Positions 61,462 to 64,000 of a stretch of 64,000 nt of DNA are shown here, one piece after another; position 1 is the first letter of the stretch; each line of letters begins with the position of its first letter. A program made the translations under genes and the position numbers. The notes beneath the pieces are model-generated. The model searched no databases, was not told the DNA's origin, and worked only from the letters and a program-made list of their open reading frames with translations. The stretch is from a virus: positions 1 to 64,000 of IMG/VR virus record IMGVR_UViG_3300025545_000003. One strand, given 5' to 3'.

Positions 61462-64000
61462 ATGGCCAAGCCAGCAGCGAAACAGGAACTCACCCCCGTT
61501 GTAAGGGGAGACCGCTACCGACGAACCCACAGGGCCTCCGTGATCGGTGTCCTGGGCCGTCAGGCTCCTCCCGTTCTCAGCCGGGGATCCATGTTCTACA
61601 ACCTTGACCGCTGGACTGCACGGGCGCTCGTGTCCGAGATGTGCCAGTGGGCCGGGAAGAACAGGGGCTGCACCCCCACAGCGAAGGACGTAGCCGACTG
61701 GGTCTCCAAGGCCAACAACATGACCGCCCCGGAGCGGTGCATCGTCATTGCCAACACACCCGACAAGCTGCCCCTCAAGGTAGCCCTTGGCCTGACCGGC
61801 GGGGCGTACCACGAGGCGTTCCACACGAAGTACTCCTGCCGCAGACCACTACAGGTGAAGGAGTGCGTGAACTTCATCCTGCCCCGTTGGGCGCTGGTGA
61901 AGGACTGGAGTGGGCTCCACAAGGCCCTCCAAGAGTGGAACAACATCATCGAGGACATACGCATCGAGCGCCGGGGCCGTGAGGACTACGAGGGTTCGCA
62001 CACGAAGCTGGCCGACTTGCAGGACTTCATCCTCGACAAGGAGGCCGCAGGCGTCGAACAGGTGCGCTCCCACGGGGGCAAGCCGGGAGCCTTGTCTGTG
62101 ATCGTCCGGGCGTTCCGTGACGTGGGTCTTGGGTACAACACCGAGCGCCAGCGTGAAGCCTTCGCCGAGTACAAGACGGACAACCCGGATGCCGTCGACC
62201 TTGTGATGACCGGCCCGCTGACCCCGATGCTTCAGGACACCATCGATCTGTCCGCCAAGGACGATCTCGGGTGCATCCGACTGGCGATGGACGTCGTTGC
62301 CAAGATCGGGGAGTTGGGCGGTATGGACGAGTCCGACGACAAGGCCCAGGACGGGCAGCACGGCGACGGGATGCAAACGTGCCCCGGTTGTGGCGCACCC
62401 GCCTCCAAGATCGTTGTACGGCCCCTCTCAGACGGCAAGGGAGGCAAGGTTCGGGGCAAGGGCCTCGCTACCTGCACGGCCTGTGGCCATCAGGAAGAGG
62501 TCGACGTCAAGAAGAAGTCTGCCGCCGATAAGGCCAAGGACAAGAAGGACAAGCAGGCGGGCAAGAAGTCCGCACCCGGCCCCAAGTTCGAAGGCTTCGA
62601 CGAGGACGACTTCGACGATGAAGGCGACGGTGGGGGCGAAGGTGAGGCCGGTGACGGTCAGGGTGGCTCCGGTTCGTCCGGTGGCAAGTCTGACGGGGAC
62701 GAGGACGGCGACGGTTCGTCCGGCTCCGGTGGAGACGAAGACGGCGATGACGACGGGGACGGCTCCGGGTCTGGGAAAGACGGCGATGAGGGTGACGAAG
62801 ACGGCGACGGTTCCAAGGACGGCAGCGACAAGGATGGCGATGCTGCCGGTGGCGATGGTGGTGACGGAGACGGGGACGGGGACGACGAGGGCAAGGACGG
62901 CAAGGCCGGACAGGGAGCCAATCAGGGAAGCGCCAGCCAGCACCAAGGCATCGACCAGCCGGACATAGGCCCGGACGGGAGCGACCAGTCGGGCGGGGCC
63001 GGGGGGCACCACCACGCCCAAGGCCCCCACGCAGGCAACGATCACAAGTGGGAGGACGTCGCCGAGCAGGCGTTGAACGACGCACAGTCCGGCAAGGACA
63101 CCCACGCCCTCGACAACAACAAGGCGCTGGAGAATGCGGTCAACGCTGCCGAGGACAAGGAAGACTCGGACACGGAGACCGGCGAGGCCCCGTGGAAGCC
63201 CTACAATCCGGGCCTCGATGAAGCGCTGCTGGTTCCTCATTCGGGCCGGGGCCGGGAACACGACATGGCCGAAGCCACGAAGCTGGTCAAGTCCGTTACG
63301 TCCGAGTCCGCCTACACGAGAGCCCGCCTGCGGAACATCGTCCGGGCACTGGAGATGACCAGCACTGTTCATGGCGTACAGCACGGGCGCAACCTGTCCA
63401 CCCGCTACCTCGTGGACTCCAAGGCGTGCCTGCGGGGCGGGGAGATGCCGAAGCGTCCCTACTACCGCAAGGGCTTGCAGACGGACATGTCGATGGCGGC
63501 AGCGGTTGTCGTGGACGAGTCCGGTTCGATGAGCGGGTGGCTGGCCGACGCCGCCCGGATCATGATCGCCATCACGGAGCCTCTGGACGCCCTCAACTGC
63601 CCGACACTGGCCTTGGGATTCAGGGACGGGCGTCGGGGAGGGCGGTACAACGACTACCGGACTGACCCGGACGAGGACGTCAAGAACCGCCTGTACCACC
63701 GCCATGAGGGCGTCATCTACGACATCTTCAAGCAGTGGCACGAAGGATTCCGCACCGTGAAGTGGCGCTTCGCCAACACGAGGGCCACTGGCGGCACCCC
63801 GATGTCCGACGGGATCCAGTACGCCCTCAACGCCATCTCCCTGCGGAGCGAAGCTCACCGCTTCGTGTTCGTAGTCACGGACGGTTGCCCCAACTACGGG
63901 CACGAGGCCGTGATCAAGCGGCAGATCCGCCTCGCCAAGCAGGCCAACATCCACGTCGTCGGGGTTGGGATGGGCTACGGAGCCAAGTACGTCGAGGCCC
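61462..64000 (+). CDS. CobT-like metallopeptidase-vWA protein (3' truncated, absent from the ORF track)
   Basis: HEAFH and NIIEDIRIE; acidic D/G-rich linker; DESGSM, GGTP and VTDG motifs. Confidence 0.8.
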   Translation, partial: MAKPAAKQELTPVVRGDRYRRTHRASVIGVLGRQAPPVLSRGSMFYNLDRWTARALVSEMCQWAGKNRGCTPTAKDVADWVSKANNMTAPERCIVIANTPDKLPLKVALGLTGGAYHEAFHTKYSCRRPLQVKECVNFILPRWALVKDWSGLHKALQEWNNIIEDIRIERRGREDYEGSHTKLADLQDFILDKEAAGVEQVRSHGGKPGALSVIVRAFRDVGLGYNTERQREAFAEYKTDNPDAVDLVMTGPLTPMLQDTIDLSAKDDLGCIRLAMDVVAKIGELGGMDESDDKAQDGQHGDGMQTCPGCGAPASKIVVRPLSDGKGGKVRGKGLATCTACGHQEEVDVKKKSAADKAKDKKDKQAGKKSAPGPKFEGFDEDDFDDEGDGGGEGEAGDGQGGSGSSGGKSDGDEDGDGSSGSGGDEDGDDDGDGSGSGKDGDEGDEDGDGSKDGSDKDGDAAGGDGGDGDGDGDDEGKDGKAGQGANQGSASQHQGIDQPDIGPDGSDQSGGAGGHHHAQGPHAGNDHKWEDVAEQALNDAQSGKDTHALDNNKALENAVNAAEDKEDSDTETGEAPWKPYNPGLDEALLVPHSGRGREHDMAEATKLVKSVTSESAYTRARLRNIVRALEMTSTVHGVQHGRNLSTRYLVDSKACLRGGEMPKRPYYRKGLQTDMSMAAAVVVDESGSMSGWLADAARIMIAITEPLDALNCPTLALGFRDGRRGGRYNDYRTDPDEDVKNRLYHRHEGVIYDIFKQWHEGFRTVKWRFANTRATGGTPMSDGIQYALNAISLRSEAHRFVFVVTDGCPNYGHEAVIKRQIRLAKQANIHVVGVGMGYGAKYVEA

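Noticed and set aside
62428-63954. 508-aa - strand ORF and GACGGC-like repeats
   Set aside because: Shadow of the + strand vWA gene; the repeats encode its D/G-rich linker.
1-64000. Stop-codon recoding
   Set aside because: Genes are intact under the standard code and end in TAG, TGA or TAA; no suppressor tRNA was seen.

Overview
High-GC region of what is very probably a jumbo/huge phage genome from a diderm host (inferred from rIIA/rIIB, many small orphan genes, HNH and PD-(D/E)XK endonucleases, an OmpA-domain protein and a pilin-like protein). Layout: (i) 0.2-16 kb, accessory genes: HD hydrolases, a DNA methylase, an exonuclease, rIIA/rIIB and a CoaB-like fusion. (ii) 16.7-31.7 kb, an apparently complete Preiss-Handler NAD+ salvage set (pncB, nadE, pncA, nadD) with an NrtR-type NUDIX-wHTH regulator and tandem palindromic operators, interleaved with a TerY-P-like vWA/PP2C/kinase triad. 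(iii) 31.7-45 kb, an array of about 34 tRNA genes, plus a GOLLD-like large RNA, an SRP-like RNA, tRNA-like oddities, RNase Z and RNase H. (iv) 46.9-64 kb, an ABC transporter, RtcB and a divergent AAA-ATPase/vWA pair. The top observation is five independent cassettes in which an endonuclease gene plus a complete replacement tRNA sits inside a split, dead tRNA gene. In each, the nuclease ORF uses nucleotides 8-10 of the new tRNA as its stop codon. About 21 copies of a bipartite motif GGCTTAG-N13-(C/T)G(G/T/C)GT(A/T)GA, probably a phage-specific promoter, occur across the window. All calls were made by eye, without database searches.
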